From: Nitrospirales bacterium | Lineage (GTDB): Bacteria > Nitrospirota > Nitrospiria > Nitrospirales > UBA8639 | Direction: 5' to 3' | NCBI GenBank assembly: GCA_965203295.1 | Contig: CBDBCZ010000014.1 | Span: forward strand, 864,001-928,000 | DNA: 64,000 bases | In this document: positions 48,541-61,199 of the stretch, in pieces | Layout: every line of letters starts with the position of its first letter | Position numbering within the stretch: position 1 is the first letter of the stretch | Program-made: the position numbers and the translations under genes | The notes under the pieces: model-generated | What the model was told of the DNA's origin: nothing | Database searches by the model: none | Seen by the model: only the letters and a program-made list of their open reading frames with translations

Positions 48541-50622
48541 AGCATTTGGGTTTACAATACATGTAATCATTGATTCTTCATCGGAATCTGGTCTTGGGTG
48601 TACGCTCTGTCCTTGTATTCTGGAAACTTGTCTCATTCGTGGTTGAATGTGGGGAGCAGCCTCATCATCTAGCAGACCTAGCTCATCTTCTTTCTTGCTA
48701 CTTTAAGCTTTATTTCATAGCTGCTGATAGTTTGTGTCTAATTGCAATATGAGGGGAAACTTCTAAATCACAAGTTGTTTCATCTTTAGATTCCGACCCT
48801 TCAATATTAGAAACAAATTCAATGGTCGCATAACATGGCTCCAGCATATACTCATGCACAATGTCACTTTAGTACACTTGTGGTTGATCAGCTGTCCCGC
48901 TTCCAGCTAATTCAGTAAGTGTAAATTCCTCTTGAATTGTTAGTAACTCAAGATGAATGGGTGAGTCATAATGGGGTTCTGGTGCGTATGCGTTCTCACT
49001 CTCGAAGAATACATCTAAACTGGCGGAGAAGTGCAAAACGTCATTTTTCTGAAGCCTTGAAGTGCTTTTTGTTTGAACTGCACTTTCAGAGGAACGGCCC
49101 ATTGATGAAGACAATTTTCTAGATCCATGACTATTGCTAATAGCGGTAGGCCTCCTTTACTTTTTCTTACAGCACAAAAACTCTTTCCACAGTTCTCTTA
49201 CATCTTCACGAAGTGCACACAAGAACAAGAATATAAAGAAGCCTTCAAAGGAATTAGTGATGGCAAGCAGAAACTGGAATACCACGGAAGGATGTGAAAT
49301 GGTAAAGAAACCAATGACCCAGGTGATACCGAAGAGCATCATTATAGCAAATATGCTGATCAAAGTCTTCAGTACTCCTTTCCCTTTACCACCAGCTTTT
49401 TGTTGACTGCTTTCCTTTTTTCCAGAAGGATTCGTACCACTACCAAAAATATGATGCTATTGAATAGTATCCACAAGGACCAATATTGGTCCCATGAAAG
49501 CACCGTAGAGGACCCTCAAGTCACTAATGAATTAGCTGTCAAATTTAGAACAATAAAATATTGAATTTCTTGAATGCCTAAACCCAAACCACACTACCAA
49601 GTATAAGTGGGCACAGGTTTGAGTGCAATGTTCAAAATAGTATGGAATGCACAAGTAGGAACTTTAGGGAAAATATGAGCCATGGTGCAGACTTGTCATT
49701 AACGGTTACTTTATGTTATATCTGTCATGTATACCAAGCTTAAAACCTGCTCACACTCCAGACCGTCTACACCTAGAATTTATCTCCATGCTGTGGAGAT
49801 ACATTGCAAAATTATTTTCCAAGGCTGTGAGATAAGATCTGGGCAGGGAAGGCCTGAGTGATAGACTAACAGCTCATAGGTAAGTTGAGTTCATGTAGCC
49901 TTTGTGATATTAATGCTGGTGATGGAAAGTATACTTGAGCAACATAAACATATTTCAGATATCTCTCAGCTGTAGCTACTAGATTTATTGGGCCTGCAGT
50001 CTTTGATAATATGTGTGAAAGTCTGGTCTCAAGCTGAAAGCTAGGCTTACATTTATTTAGTATTTAGAAAATGGTATTACAATTTTCGAACAGTTGCAAT
50101 GTTTGCTGGCAAACAACATTCAACACTTCAGTCCGAGGCACACATTTCTAGACACAGGTACAAAAAAAACAAATGAATAGCATTACATCGTCGTGGAAGA
50201 GCAAGACTTAAATGTATGTACGTACCCGTATTCTATTCAAATCGTTTAGCTGCTGCAAGACTAGATAGAGCATTCCATAAAATGCTACACACTTCCTGCA
50301 AGTACACTTGAAATTGTTCCAGCTCCATCCATACTGACATTGTGCACTAAGTTTGGTTTGTTTCATATTTGTGTATAGAATTGTATACCTCAAAGTCTTC
50401 GATCAAAGGTTTCCATGAAATTTACCGGCAAGGACAAGTTTAAATGTTGTCAATGTTTTACAAAGATCTAATAGACCCTTCTCCTGACTACATGTATACC
50501 TTCAAGTAGGCCAATCCTTATGTTTTTGTTGTTGCCATGGTTTCAGGGTGCACAATTTACACTCAAGTTCATTACATTGCAAACTCTTCGTTAAGCTTTC
50601 TGAGAGAGTAAAGAAATCAATG

Positions 50623-50697
50623 AGACCCAGCTGGGGATTGAACCCCAGACCTTCTGAATACTAGTCAGATGCTCTTACCAATTGAGCTACTGGAGTC
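50623..50697 (-). mobile_element. tRNA-like module of a SINE-type repeat (degenerate copy at ~4540-4597)
   Basis: Minus strand ccagtagctcaattggtaagagcatctgactagtattcagaaggtctggggttcaatccccagctggg has an A box, D arm, 5-bp anticodon stem (loop ctagtat) and B box. The acceptor stem is imperfect. Confidence 0.65.
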
Positions 50698-51858
50698 CCT
50701 TTGCAGAGGAGCAGTAGGCAAGCTTTATACAGCCACTAAACCTGCTAGTAGCACTTGCCAGTAGGACCCAGCCAATTCCAACAGTAATTACTCTCTCATT
50801 AGGCCTCTCCCCCCATCTCCTAAACACGATAAATGTGCTACACCCAAACTTAGCCTGGATCAGTCTTTTGGGGTAATTAAACCACCAAAGACACAGAACT
50901 GAAAACTAAGTAGTCACATTGCAAACTCTTCAAGGGATGATAAGCTTTCTGAGAAAGTAAAGAAATCCCGAAAAAGTGTACATCTGCATCTCTAGCCCAC
51001 CATAGGAGTTCCTTGCCCAAAAATACAGTAGGTACATCCTTGTTTAATTGCTTGTGAATATGGTTGGTGGGATTATGAAGTGACTAGCTGCAATCATCAG
51101 TGCGCTGATAAACATGGCAATTGTGTTGTGTGCTGAAGGGAGTGTTGAATCTACAGTGCAAGTTACTGCTATGGATAAATTCTTAACTGATGTGCACCCT
51201 CAGTGCTTTTGATCTACCCACACAAATTTATGTTATCCCTTACCGTTTCATCCACAGAAATGTCACCTGCTTCCAATAGGTCAACAGTTAATGTAAAGAC
51301 CTGAGCAATCACATTGATATTTTCAGCTGTCTGGTCCATTTCATCACTGGCATTCCTCACAACAGAAGTGAGCTGTGCTGTTTCTTCCACAAAGTTTTCT
51401 TCTACTATGTTCATCTTTAAATAAAGTACATTTAATGGCCCTTACTGTCTGAAACAAAATAACGTAGTTGAAATTTGTATTGGCGTTTGACGTACATTGA
51501 CTGACTACTGATGTGCAGCCACCCTCCATTGGATTCCCCCAAATGCTGTAAGGTTACATTTCCTACAAGCCATTGCACCAGGAATATCTTCTCTTCGAGC
51601 ACACTGTTGTGATACCAGTACCCCTTCTTCTGTAGCTATTGTTTCTGGCCAATGTCTGGTGCCTCGATCTGTATTTGTCGTTTCAAAACCACAGAATCCA
51701 AGTTCTGTAGAATGTTGTAAGTACATTGTAAAGTATTCATCGCTCTCATATGTAACTAGTTCTCATACTGTTTGCAGCAGTATGTAGCCTCATTTCCAGG
51801 CCCATGACTTTATCGAAGAAGTGCAGGCCTGGGAACGAGGCTAGTAAGTATATACATA

Positions 51859-52420
51859 CCGTAAAATCTGATAAATAACCGCCCCCTTAAAGGTAACCAC
51901 CCCTCTAGTATAACCGATCAATTTACTGCAACAACAGTTTACTCGCGTGTATAACCTATGTAAACATAACCGCCCATAATTTGCACGTGCAGCCCAGGCA
52001 GGAAATTGAATCTGTAAAATTAATAGTGTGAATGTCTATAGCAAACAGCTAATACGTCGAACACGAATAGCGACGAGAATCAGACTGTGCAAACCAAGAA
52101 GTCGGCGTTAGTCGTAGCGAGAAAACCCTAGCTACTGTTAGTGGAGGGTTCTGGAAACGAGACTAAGCTACGGTAGCTAAGGTATTAACGCTATGGAGCT
52201 CGTTCAGCTTGCCTGCCTGAAGGCTTTCTACCTCAAGGGACACCACATCTACTGGGCTGATCTCAACGTAGGGGATGTTTCTGTAAATCTGCCACGCTAT
52301 TAACAGTTGTTTTGCAAAAATAACCGATCTGTGATTATACCTGCCCATGTAAAAGTAACCGCCCATTGAGGCTGCTAATTCTAATTATAACCGCCCCCGG
52401 TTATTTATCAGAGTTTACGG
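51859..52420. mobile_element. TA-flanked MITE
   Basis: 22-bp TIR ccgtaaaatctgataaataacc / ggttatttatcagagtttacgg, TA at both flanks, subterminal taaccgccc repeats. Confidence 0.9.
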
Positions 52421-55100
52421 TATATATTTGCACCGTATGTATTGTGTGGGTGTTTGGAAGGCACCACCATTGGGGGCGAACCCCATTTATCTAAGGGGTG
52501 CCTTTTGAGCCAGACATTGGTGAGCAAGTGTGGCTTCTTCTCAAAAATGCTAACCAATCAGCAGGCAGTATAATATTAAAAGTTATGACACCAGTCATGC
52601 AATGTAACTACTATGTACTGGGAGACTAGCCTGTCAGCTAAAGGGACACTTCCTGACAAATTTCTATTCTATTCTATTCTATGTATACTTTATGTACATA
52701 TCCATAATGTATGTACTTTCGGTATGCATTTATGATACGTATTACCTGACCAGCGCACAGTGCCGGATTGGATTACATTATGGATGTCATTAAGTCTTTG
52801 TGCAACTTCAAGTGTTTGTAGTGGCAGGGAGTACAGATGTGGAAGGTTTACAATACTGCATTCTATTAATCTATAGCTCTCCCAATTCTGTTCTGTGTCA
52901 GTTCCATTCTCCTAAAGTGGTAGTTGTAGCTGAAATTAATCTCTACATGTTACAATTTCTAGGACCCTATAACCCAAACACTAACTATAAAAATTAATCT
53001 CCGTCCTTCAAGACTTGAGACTGTGACTCCTGTCTTTGTACAACAGTCTTTTACACTACATACTGTAACGTTTCCTACAATACATTATGATGTGGCTTTA
53101 CGGACTGAAGTAGAGCAACACAGTAACTAAAGAACAGAGACAAATCTTAGCAAGTGCTTTAGAAGCAGTTCTAATTTTCGCATCATTGGCAACTAGGCAA
53201 TTTACCACACCCTTCAAACCCCTTTATGCAGCTATGAAATGCCCAAGGCTCTGCTCAACATCATGTTGGGATAGGTATGCAGTTGTAGAGCTGTCTCCTC
53301 ATAAGCACACAACAAATGGACAGGAAAAGTTCTGACTTGGCAGACCCATTGTGCTCTTTCATTTAACACCTGTTATTTACAAAAACAGGATTATTGATAT
53401 GGCTGCCTACCAGTTTTTCAGTATCTAGGCAACACAAAACTATGCATGAGTTTCACAACTTCTGCATGTTAAAGTTTATTTCTTTCACAACCAGGCATAA
53501 AAAAAACTCCATGTGACAGACAACATCCCAGTGTTATATGTCATAAGGGGCCTATCTCATTATTATAGCTGCAAGCGTGGATATATTGGTTGGTTTTTAT
53601 CTCAAGAAATAAGGAGCCAATATCCTCATGGCAGGCCAAGTGTATGCACATCTCATTAAATGACTAAACCTACTAAGCAGACTGTAGCGAAAGTTAAACT
53701 GAAAGATAACAGCATAGTAAAACCAAGGAGTTGGGACAAGCATTTCCTACCTAGTGGCAGTTTTTACTGGAATCATAAGTCTGTGTCTTTAAACTAACCA
53801 TGCAACATTATATATAATGTTACTAGTTAATGATGTACGTACCTTGAAACAAAAAAGCACTCAGTTACTTGCTGTCCAAGTATGCTGTCATTAAACTCTT
53901 GCAACACATAATATAAAAGCACACGCATACACTGTCAATTAGTGTTGACTGTGTTATTAATCTACATGTAATACATCTAATACCATAAAACTCGAGGATG
54001 GCAGTTGATGTAGTTCAGAAAGAAAGGCAGCTATGTCCTGCAATGACACTGAAAATCTCATGAAAGTAGATTCAGTGGATGCATTCACTGGAAAAAGAGA
54101 TATTTGAGTTTAATAATCAACAAGTACATTGCTGGTTAGCCTCATTCCCAGGGGCTCCAACATATGGCATTGGGCCGAATTGATAATGAATACACATGTC
54201 ATAGACTATACTTCAATAACTCACTAGTAACTGCTTCTACCGAAACGGCAATCTTTGTGACCACAAAGTCATTCTCAGCAACACATCTGTACATTCCAGT
54301 AGCTGCTGCATGAATTCTAATACCTCTTTCAGTTGCTAGGGTGACACTACTGTTGGAGTGTCTGTATGCAAATAGCTGACCAATTTCTGGGTCATTTGGT
54401 TTAATTATTTGGCTGAAGATATCAGTGAAAATATTTCCTTCTGCAGAACCTGATGATGAGCCCTCTTCATCAGTCTCTAGGATTTCTGTTACTGTAGGTA
54501 TTGACATCGATATGTAGTGCATGGTAATCACCAAGACAACGATCAGTACGTTTATGAGTTTATACAAACATCTTTTACAGGTAACAACACTTAAATACTT
54601 GGATTACAGCAATTTTAGGAAATGTTATGTAGGGTTCATTGCATCTGCGTTTTAGCAAAAAAAAAGGAATAGAAGTTAATATGCAGGTTCACCCATAGCA
54701 TGTACTTCTGCTAAATTACAAATATTATAGATAACATTTAGTGCAGTGGTTTGAAAACAAAGTTGCCACTCCTAAAAAATAGTTATCCTGGGCTTCACCC
54801 AGGATATGCGTAGCATGTGGACAACAATTTGTCACGGCTACCAAATCTAATTAACAGTCAGTATTCATAGAAAGCTCTCCCATGAGTAATGAGGCCTAAC
54901 TCAGGCTTGTGACCATCTACGTAGCTATACAATCAAAAAGCTTTGGAGTCTAGCGGAGAGCGGTTTTGAGGAGTTCAAGTTTCAGTAAACTGTTTTGAGA
55001 AACTACAGCACTGCAGAAAGGAAAGGGGTGGTTAGCGTGGACACAGTCGAGAGCTACTGGTAGTTGGAGCATTATTCCTAAAAATACTCTCTATTACGAT

Positions 55101-55228
55101 TTGGGAATAATTGTACGAGCAATAGGCAAAATGATTGCATGAGCGAAGACAGGAGCGCATGAACCGCTTCGTGGCGCTCATGGGCTCCTGGCGAAGAGAG
55201 TGCCTATTGCAAGTGCAATTACTCTCAA
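55101..55228. mobile_element. Related long hairpin with CGAG/CAAG and CGAAG/CGAAG internal mismatches
   Basis: ttgggaataattgtacgagcaataggca..caggagcgcatga..tcatgggctcctg..tgcctattgcaagtgcaattactctcaa. Confidence 0.55.
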
Positions 55229-58200
55229 GTAGCATGAGAATACAAGTGATTCCATGTTAATCACATACCATCACAGCTTCTATAGCTATAGCCTTTGTTG
55301 AACTAAAACAAGTATGCGATTTACAGAAAGTGTGCAATTATGGAAATAATAGCACACTTGCAATTATGGAAATAATTGCACACTTGTTTGTCTATGCGGG
55401 GTAAATGTATACACTGCAAAAATGCCAGTGCTGAAACAGCACGCAGACAAGCCGAATATGCGTGTTGTTCTGCAGATCGCGTGTTGAAACGGCACATCGC
55501 TCGATACATGCGTGTTGCATCAACACGAATGTGCGTAACAACACGCGAGCTGCAAATCTCCGTGGGGAATTTAACACATCGCTATGTGCTAAAGGTTGTA
55601 GAGGCGGAGCTAGTCTGGTGCCCAGATCTTGGCTCCTCCCCATAATCGTATCCCGAGGGGAGGAGCCGAAATGTAGCTCCGCCCCTACAGGTTTCTGTCC
55701 TGGTTTGAGACTGTATCATGTAAAGATGGCACGGATTCACAGCATATTAGCAATCACCAGTAGCTGATCCTGCAATGTGCTCCTGCACTGTCCATTTTTT
55801 TAAAGCAAACCACCTCTCGCGTAAAACAGACGAGGGGCGGGGCTACACCAATCATGCTGCGCATAAGCTAGCTCAGATTTTTTTATACATGGGGCAGGCA
55901 GATGCTAAAAACCCTGTCTATTTACTAGATATTCTTTTTGGAATGACACATTGTCGACACGTAGTCTCGCGGGCCAGTCACCGAGACCGGAATGGGTGGA
56001 GCTATATAGTAATATCTTTGCCCCTCCCCTTTGCCGGCCGCATATATATATATATACATTGTGCTATTCATGATGTCACTGACGTGGAGCTAATTGTGCA
56101 AAGAACCTAGCTAGCCGGTGATGCGTGTTGCGGAGTTCCATAGCCACCACTCATTGGCACTCAACCGCTGGCTTTCAGGTTAATAGTATTTAGAATGTAA
56201 TATGAGATACCTATTTATGAATTCCGCATGCATGATATAAAAATTAGATAATTAGCGCAAGACTCTTCCTTTCTTTTTTGCAGCTGTGTTCTCTTTGGCC
56301 TGGGAAATGTAATGTATCCACTCACAGCCCCCTACGAACCCATCCACTGCTCTTCTCATCTATCACGCCTTCTGAACAGCCCCCTACATCCCACTTCAAC
56401 AAAGACAGCAACCCTCAGTGTCGTTCCACGTATTAATTCCCGCCACATCTGCGGACTTACACCCAACAGTTCTCCCTGAAGACTCATCTTTCGTGTTCAC
56501 ACCAGTGAAGGATTGTATCATGCTCAAAATACCAAGACTTTCGTGCAATCAGCCCATTTAACCGCTCCCTTCCGTACCCATAGCGATGTTTTTGATCTGG
56601 AAAGCTATAGTGCATACATGCATTACTAATATACCATGTGATTAAGCTATATACAGCATAATTATGCTTGTCCTGTACTGAAAATCAGTTCACCAATAAA
56701 TTGTCTACCTGTTCAGACATACACTTGAAGACTCATTCATAGAATATCTATAAAATGACTACATGACATTTATCCTGGCAGGACAACTGAAGAAAATAAT
56801 TCATTTTAAACAGCATGTGGACAAAAGTTGTCATGGCTTCAAATTCTAATTAACAGTTCATTCCTTCCGTGTCAATGGAAAGCCCTTAGTTAACTTTAAT
56901 GATAGCTTCCAGCTCAATTCAAATTTCAAACTCAAGCTAGTGGCTAGCTGCATTGGGGTCTATTGGAAAGCCATCGGGAGCTGCTTTGAGTTCAGGTTTG
57001 GGTAGGCAGTTTTGAGAATGTTTATAACTCTACAACATTGCATGATAACACTTTTGCCCAGCACACTAATGCCTTTGATCTTCTAATTAGTATGGGACAA
57101 TGCCTTTGATCTACTTAATAGTATGGGGCAATAAACTGTAGTCTGTACTCTATTGAGCAGCATATGTAACTACTGCACTGATTAATATCATGTGCAAGGT
57201 AAATGCTTTACCTCACACAAGCAGTTGCTCAAGAAATTCATATTAAGTGAAACACGCATGTTTGATTGGTACAACTACATGACATTGTATTATAATGAGA
57301 GATTTCAGTTTATATGGAGGTAAAGATTGGAGGGAAGGGCTGTAATAGTTGGGCAAATACAGGTATATGTATACCTTGGGAGCTACGTACAACAATCAGA
57401 CAAACTCCCATTAATGGAGTCAGTTCAATCAACTTATTGACACTGTCAGATTATTTTGCAGGCCAGATATTTATGTGTACCTTGTGCATATATACAGCGC
57501 ACAGGTTTCTCTGTGCATAACCTGTTACTTTATCCAGACTCACATGGTATTTTCTTTTATGCAACCAATGAATGATGGAGGTTGAACTTTGGCTCAATTC
57601 TTACAACTGTGAATAATCAACTGTGTTTGGTACAGCAATTACCTGGTTTATTATTTGCGTAGTACCATGTTACATTGCTACTGAAATTTCCTTCAGAGTG
57701 GCATTCTACAGCAAACTTCTCCCCACATCAACTAGGTATACATTTGAATTGCTGGTTGTTGGAATGATCTCAAGAGGTGGGAGTATACCTTCAAAGATGT
57801 AACCAAAGGTACTCACATACATATATGCACGGTAACAAGTGTGTCCATGTCGCCATGAATCTATATCTGTAATGACACAATGCAGAGAGTTTATATATGG
57901 AGTGTCATTTCATGCCTTGTGCAATTGTATATACCCAAACTACGAAAAAAAAATCAGTTTGCAATACTTTGGCACACCATAACAAGCCTTATGGAATAGG
58001 AATGCATAGAATGGAATAGAACAGAAGACAGTAGAGGTCCTGAAATAGAATTTGAGTACGCTAAGCGGTTAAAGTGGGTTTCAGGAGCATTCAAGCAGGT
58101 TCAGTGGCTATTGCAGATCTACCAACAGATGCTCAAGGTGTAAAGTAGTTTATGACCATATGTGGGAGTATACCATGTTGCTATGGAGGATTACACCTCA

Positions 58201-59349
58201 TCAAGATTCTACATGATATATAACATATGAACCATGTCCAATCGGTGAATAGCATTGCTATACCACTTGCTGGTGTTCAGAGGTTTATACCTTGGGCCTG
58301 TGGCCCTCATGGTATATTCCCAAACACCTCCACTGCAGGTAGTATATCACTGATATACATGTACACCTCCTGCCATGGTTTATATATTAATGAACTCTCC
58401 TTTAGGTGTGGATTATCGTAGACACGCCATGGTTAAAGTTGAAAGAGGGCTGGTTCAAGCAGGTTCTGAGAAGATGAAGTACCCTGTGAGCATCAAAACT
58501 TGAATGCTGCTCAGACTGATATATACCCACAGTTCAGCTTCTCACAATTTGCCCTAACCCATATGATTGTACTTGATGATCCACAGGATAGTCTCAATGT
58601 GGTTCACATCCAATATATGAACATGAGCATTTATCTGACAGTCATGTAATAGTTTAGCTAGCTAACCCGAACTGGTACCCACCTAGCATCGCTCTATGGC
58701 ATGCTATTACACAGCAATCTCCTGGCACTAGATCATACATGACGCACCTGGCTGTAGTACACCAGTCGTTAAAACATAGGCAACTGTACAGCCAACAAAG
58801 CACACTGGAAGTGTGTAGGAATACCTAGACCCACTTCTCCCGTCGAGATACTGCAGGAAATCCCATAGACTGTAGTAGGTGGGGATAGCTAGCCTCGTTC
58901 CCAGGCCTCCGCACAGCTTTGTTGCCAAAGAGTGACGTGTACTTTTTATGGAGTTGTAAGTTAGCAGCAGGTACGGTGGCCAGGAATAATACAAGCTTTT
59001 GATGGCAAGACATCCATGGCATGATCCGTTAATATCAAGACTGTAGTACTCTCTATAAAATAATATACTCCATTTGCTTGCTATAATATACATGTTCAGT
59101 ATTGAATATTACCGTCGAACAGACGTTGCATGCTGCTTATCTAACCAGTTTTAAATTACCACATGCTAGCTCACAGATGCCATGATTAGCCCTTGAATGC
59201 AGGACTTATTCATGGCTTGCTGACTTACATTTATATCAGCTATACATTAAGAATTGGCTGGGCCTTTAGCATAGATCAATCCCAGGTAATGAGCCCAACC
59301 TTTTCCCAGAGAATACAGTGCCTTCCGTACGTAGCTGCCGTGCACTCAT

Positions 59350-59460
59350 ACCCGCGGCGGTACCAGCCCTTGCCCGCGGCGGTACCCGCCCCTGCCCGCG
59401 GCGGTACCCGCCCATGCCCCGGCTGCGGTACCCGCCCATGCCTGCTGTGCCCGCGGCGGG
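59350..59460. repeat. GC-rich tandem motif cccgcggcggtacccgccc, probable transposon subterminal repeats
   Basis: Four to five copies in an otherwise AT-rich background. Confidence 0.65.
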
Positions 59461-59859
59461 TGAACCTTCTCGGCCACCGTACAAAACAGCAAGGGTTTAT
59501 TTGGGGAGGGTGCATGTGAAACATTCCCGCTCTCCCCCACCGCTGGAATAACTTACAGCGCTCATTGTGCACGACATCGCCTGCCTTTCAGTTTTCTTGA
59601 TGACGCACATCATAACAAGCTTGCTATTTATAGTAAATAGCCTATAATGACTACCGTAATATAGCTTACGTATAATGACTACTTCACGGACCATAGTCGT
59701 GTGCATGATAAATCAATGGATCCGTTGGTCCGGTCCGTAGTCGTCCGGTCCATATTATAGTCACATCTAACGCTCCGGAAAATGACGTCATCAAGAGGCG
59801 GGGCTCGATTTGCAGCGTTGCTAATTGGTTTGATTTGCATAGTTTTCTGTGTATTTCGG

Positions 59860-59899
59860 TGCCCTGAAGAAGGCAACGCAGTTGGTGGAAACGTTGGCA
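59860..59899 (+). ncRNA. Degenerate minimal type I hammerhead ribozyme in a Penelope-like terminal repeat
   Basis: tgcc-CTGAAGA-a-ggcaac-gca-gttggt-g-GAAAC-GTT-ggca. Both conserved cores present, stem I tgcc/ggca, palindromic ACGT stem III, stem II partly mutated. Confidence 0.55.
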
Positions 59900-60039
59900 A
59901 AAGGAAAGTTTTTAGTTTATCAATGGCCGGAGAAGTGGAATAATTCGTAATTCACGGATAGCCAGCCAACCAAGAAACCTTCAATCGGTGACATAGTGCT
60001 TCCTCCTCTCAGGAGCTATTTTGGCAACAGCAAAAGGCA

Positions 60040-61199
60040 CCAGCATCGAGGGGTGATTCCCAGGGCATGCGCTGGCACCCTCTCATGTTTAGATGGCACT
60101 TGTACATCCATCATCGTTCCGTAAGGGTACTTTAATGATACAGTCGGCAGTATTGTCTTTTCTTAATATTAACACACCTTGCATGACTACGTATTAGTTA
60201 AACCACGCCACCAAGGGCTGTATGGGATTTATAGCGCACGAGTGCAATAACTAATTAGGGCCCGAGGGCGAAGCCCGAGGGCTCTAATTAGTTATTGCAC
60301 GAGTGCGCTATCAAATCCCATACAGCCTGCGGGTGGCGTGGTTTAACAGATTTGTAGCCCTATGGCTTCCAGTGCATGCGCAGCTTACCATCAGTGGCTT
60401 CCTTCAAGTGTGCAGCTGCAACCACAGGGCAATATCATGTTATTGCCCTGCTCTGTGGTAAGCCACAGGGCAATAACCTGTTATTGCCCTGCTCTGGGGT
60501 TACTACAGAGCGTTATGGCATATATTGCCCAGTCGGTGCCTTTGATAGTATGGCTTCAAGGGCTACAAATGCATTTATGCCATTGCAAGTCCTGAGAAAG
60601 TCAACGACATGCTGGTTGAAGCTGCTGAGGTGAAGGGCTGTCCCGAGCGCATCAAGTATGCTTAGCTGATTCTGGATGAGATGCATGTACGCGAAGACCT
60701 TGTTTATTACAAACACACTGGTGAACTTATTGGTTTCACCAACCTTGGCGACATCAATGATCACCTGGGTACATACGAAATAGCTCTCAGTGGTGGTGTA
60801 CAACCACTGTTTTTGGCGATATCTGTGGTAGTTTTCATGTTGTTGGGACTGTTCAGCAAGTTTTAGGTCCCCTGTCCTTAGATCCCATGCAGTACTCTGA
60901 CAGAAGAGAAGCTGTACACTCCATTCTGGGATGCTGTGGGCAGAATTGAAAGTCGTGGCCTGAAGGTTAGTACATTAACGCATCTTTGCATATATATAGC
61001 AGTTCACAGTTTATGCTTATCTATTCATGTATTAGGAGCTACTTTAGATGGCAACTCTGTGAATCGTGTGCTCATGAAGTTGCATAGTGCTGGACCTGAA
61101 ATGGTGCACAACGTACCAAGCCCTTTTACCTCGGAAGATAGGCAGCTATTCTGCTTCTCAGACCCACCTCATCTTATGAAGACTTCCAGGAATGCTTGA
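60040..61199 (+). pseudogene. P-element-like transposase remnant
   Basis: GMRWHPLMFRW..TLHDY..LILDEMHVREDLVYYKHTGELIGFTNLGDIN..LGATLDGNSVNR..FCFSDPPHLMKTSRNA (P-type D, D and D(2)H motifs). Contains stops and is split by a hairpin element. Confidence 0.8.
60191..60570 (+). mobile_element. Hairpin + IR-bounded element (family member 4)
   Basis: Palindrome 60197-60347 with apex ccgagggcgaagcccgagg 60262-60280, then inverted repeat atttgtagccct (60350-60361) / agggctacaaat (60559-60570). Confidence 0.85.

Larger units (their letters stand above)
48567..58825 (-). pseudogene. Adhesion GPCR (Ig - HormR - GAIN - 7TM) pseudogene
   Basis: Last exon 48567-49535: FISDLRVLYGAFMGPI..FNSIIF..KTLISIFAIMMLFGITWVIGFF..FQFLLAITNSFEGFFIFLFLCALREDVRELWK (secretin-type TM5-7), with stops and frameshifts. 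51496-51704 HormR-like FCGFETTNTDRGTRHWPET..QC..ACRKC..W. 51244-51448 GAIN helices. 54225-~54500 Ig GMYRCVAEN. ~57643-57790 Ig VECHSEG..VTWY. ~58748-58824 signal-peptide-like exon. Confidence 0.8.

Noticed and set aside
44797..48545. Many Cys/Leu/Tyr/His-rich ORFs (LYCTLLHPTA..)
   Set aside because: Translations of the decamer satellite, occurring in several frames.
50623..50697. Functional tRNA-Thr(AGT) gene
   Set aside because: Imperfect acceptor stem, TTCAA T-loop, and a decayed second copy in repeat context favour a tRNA-derived repeat.
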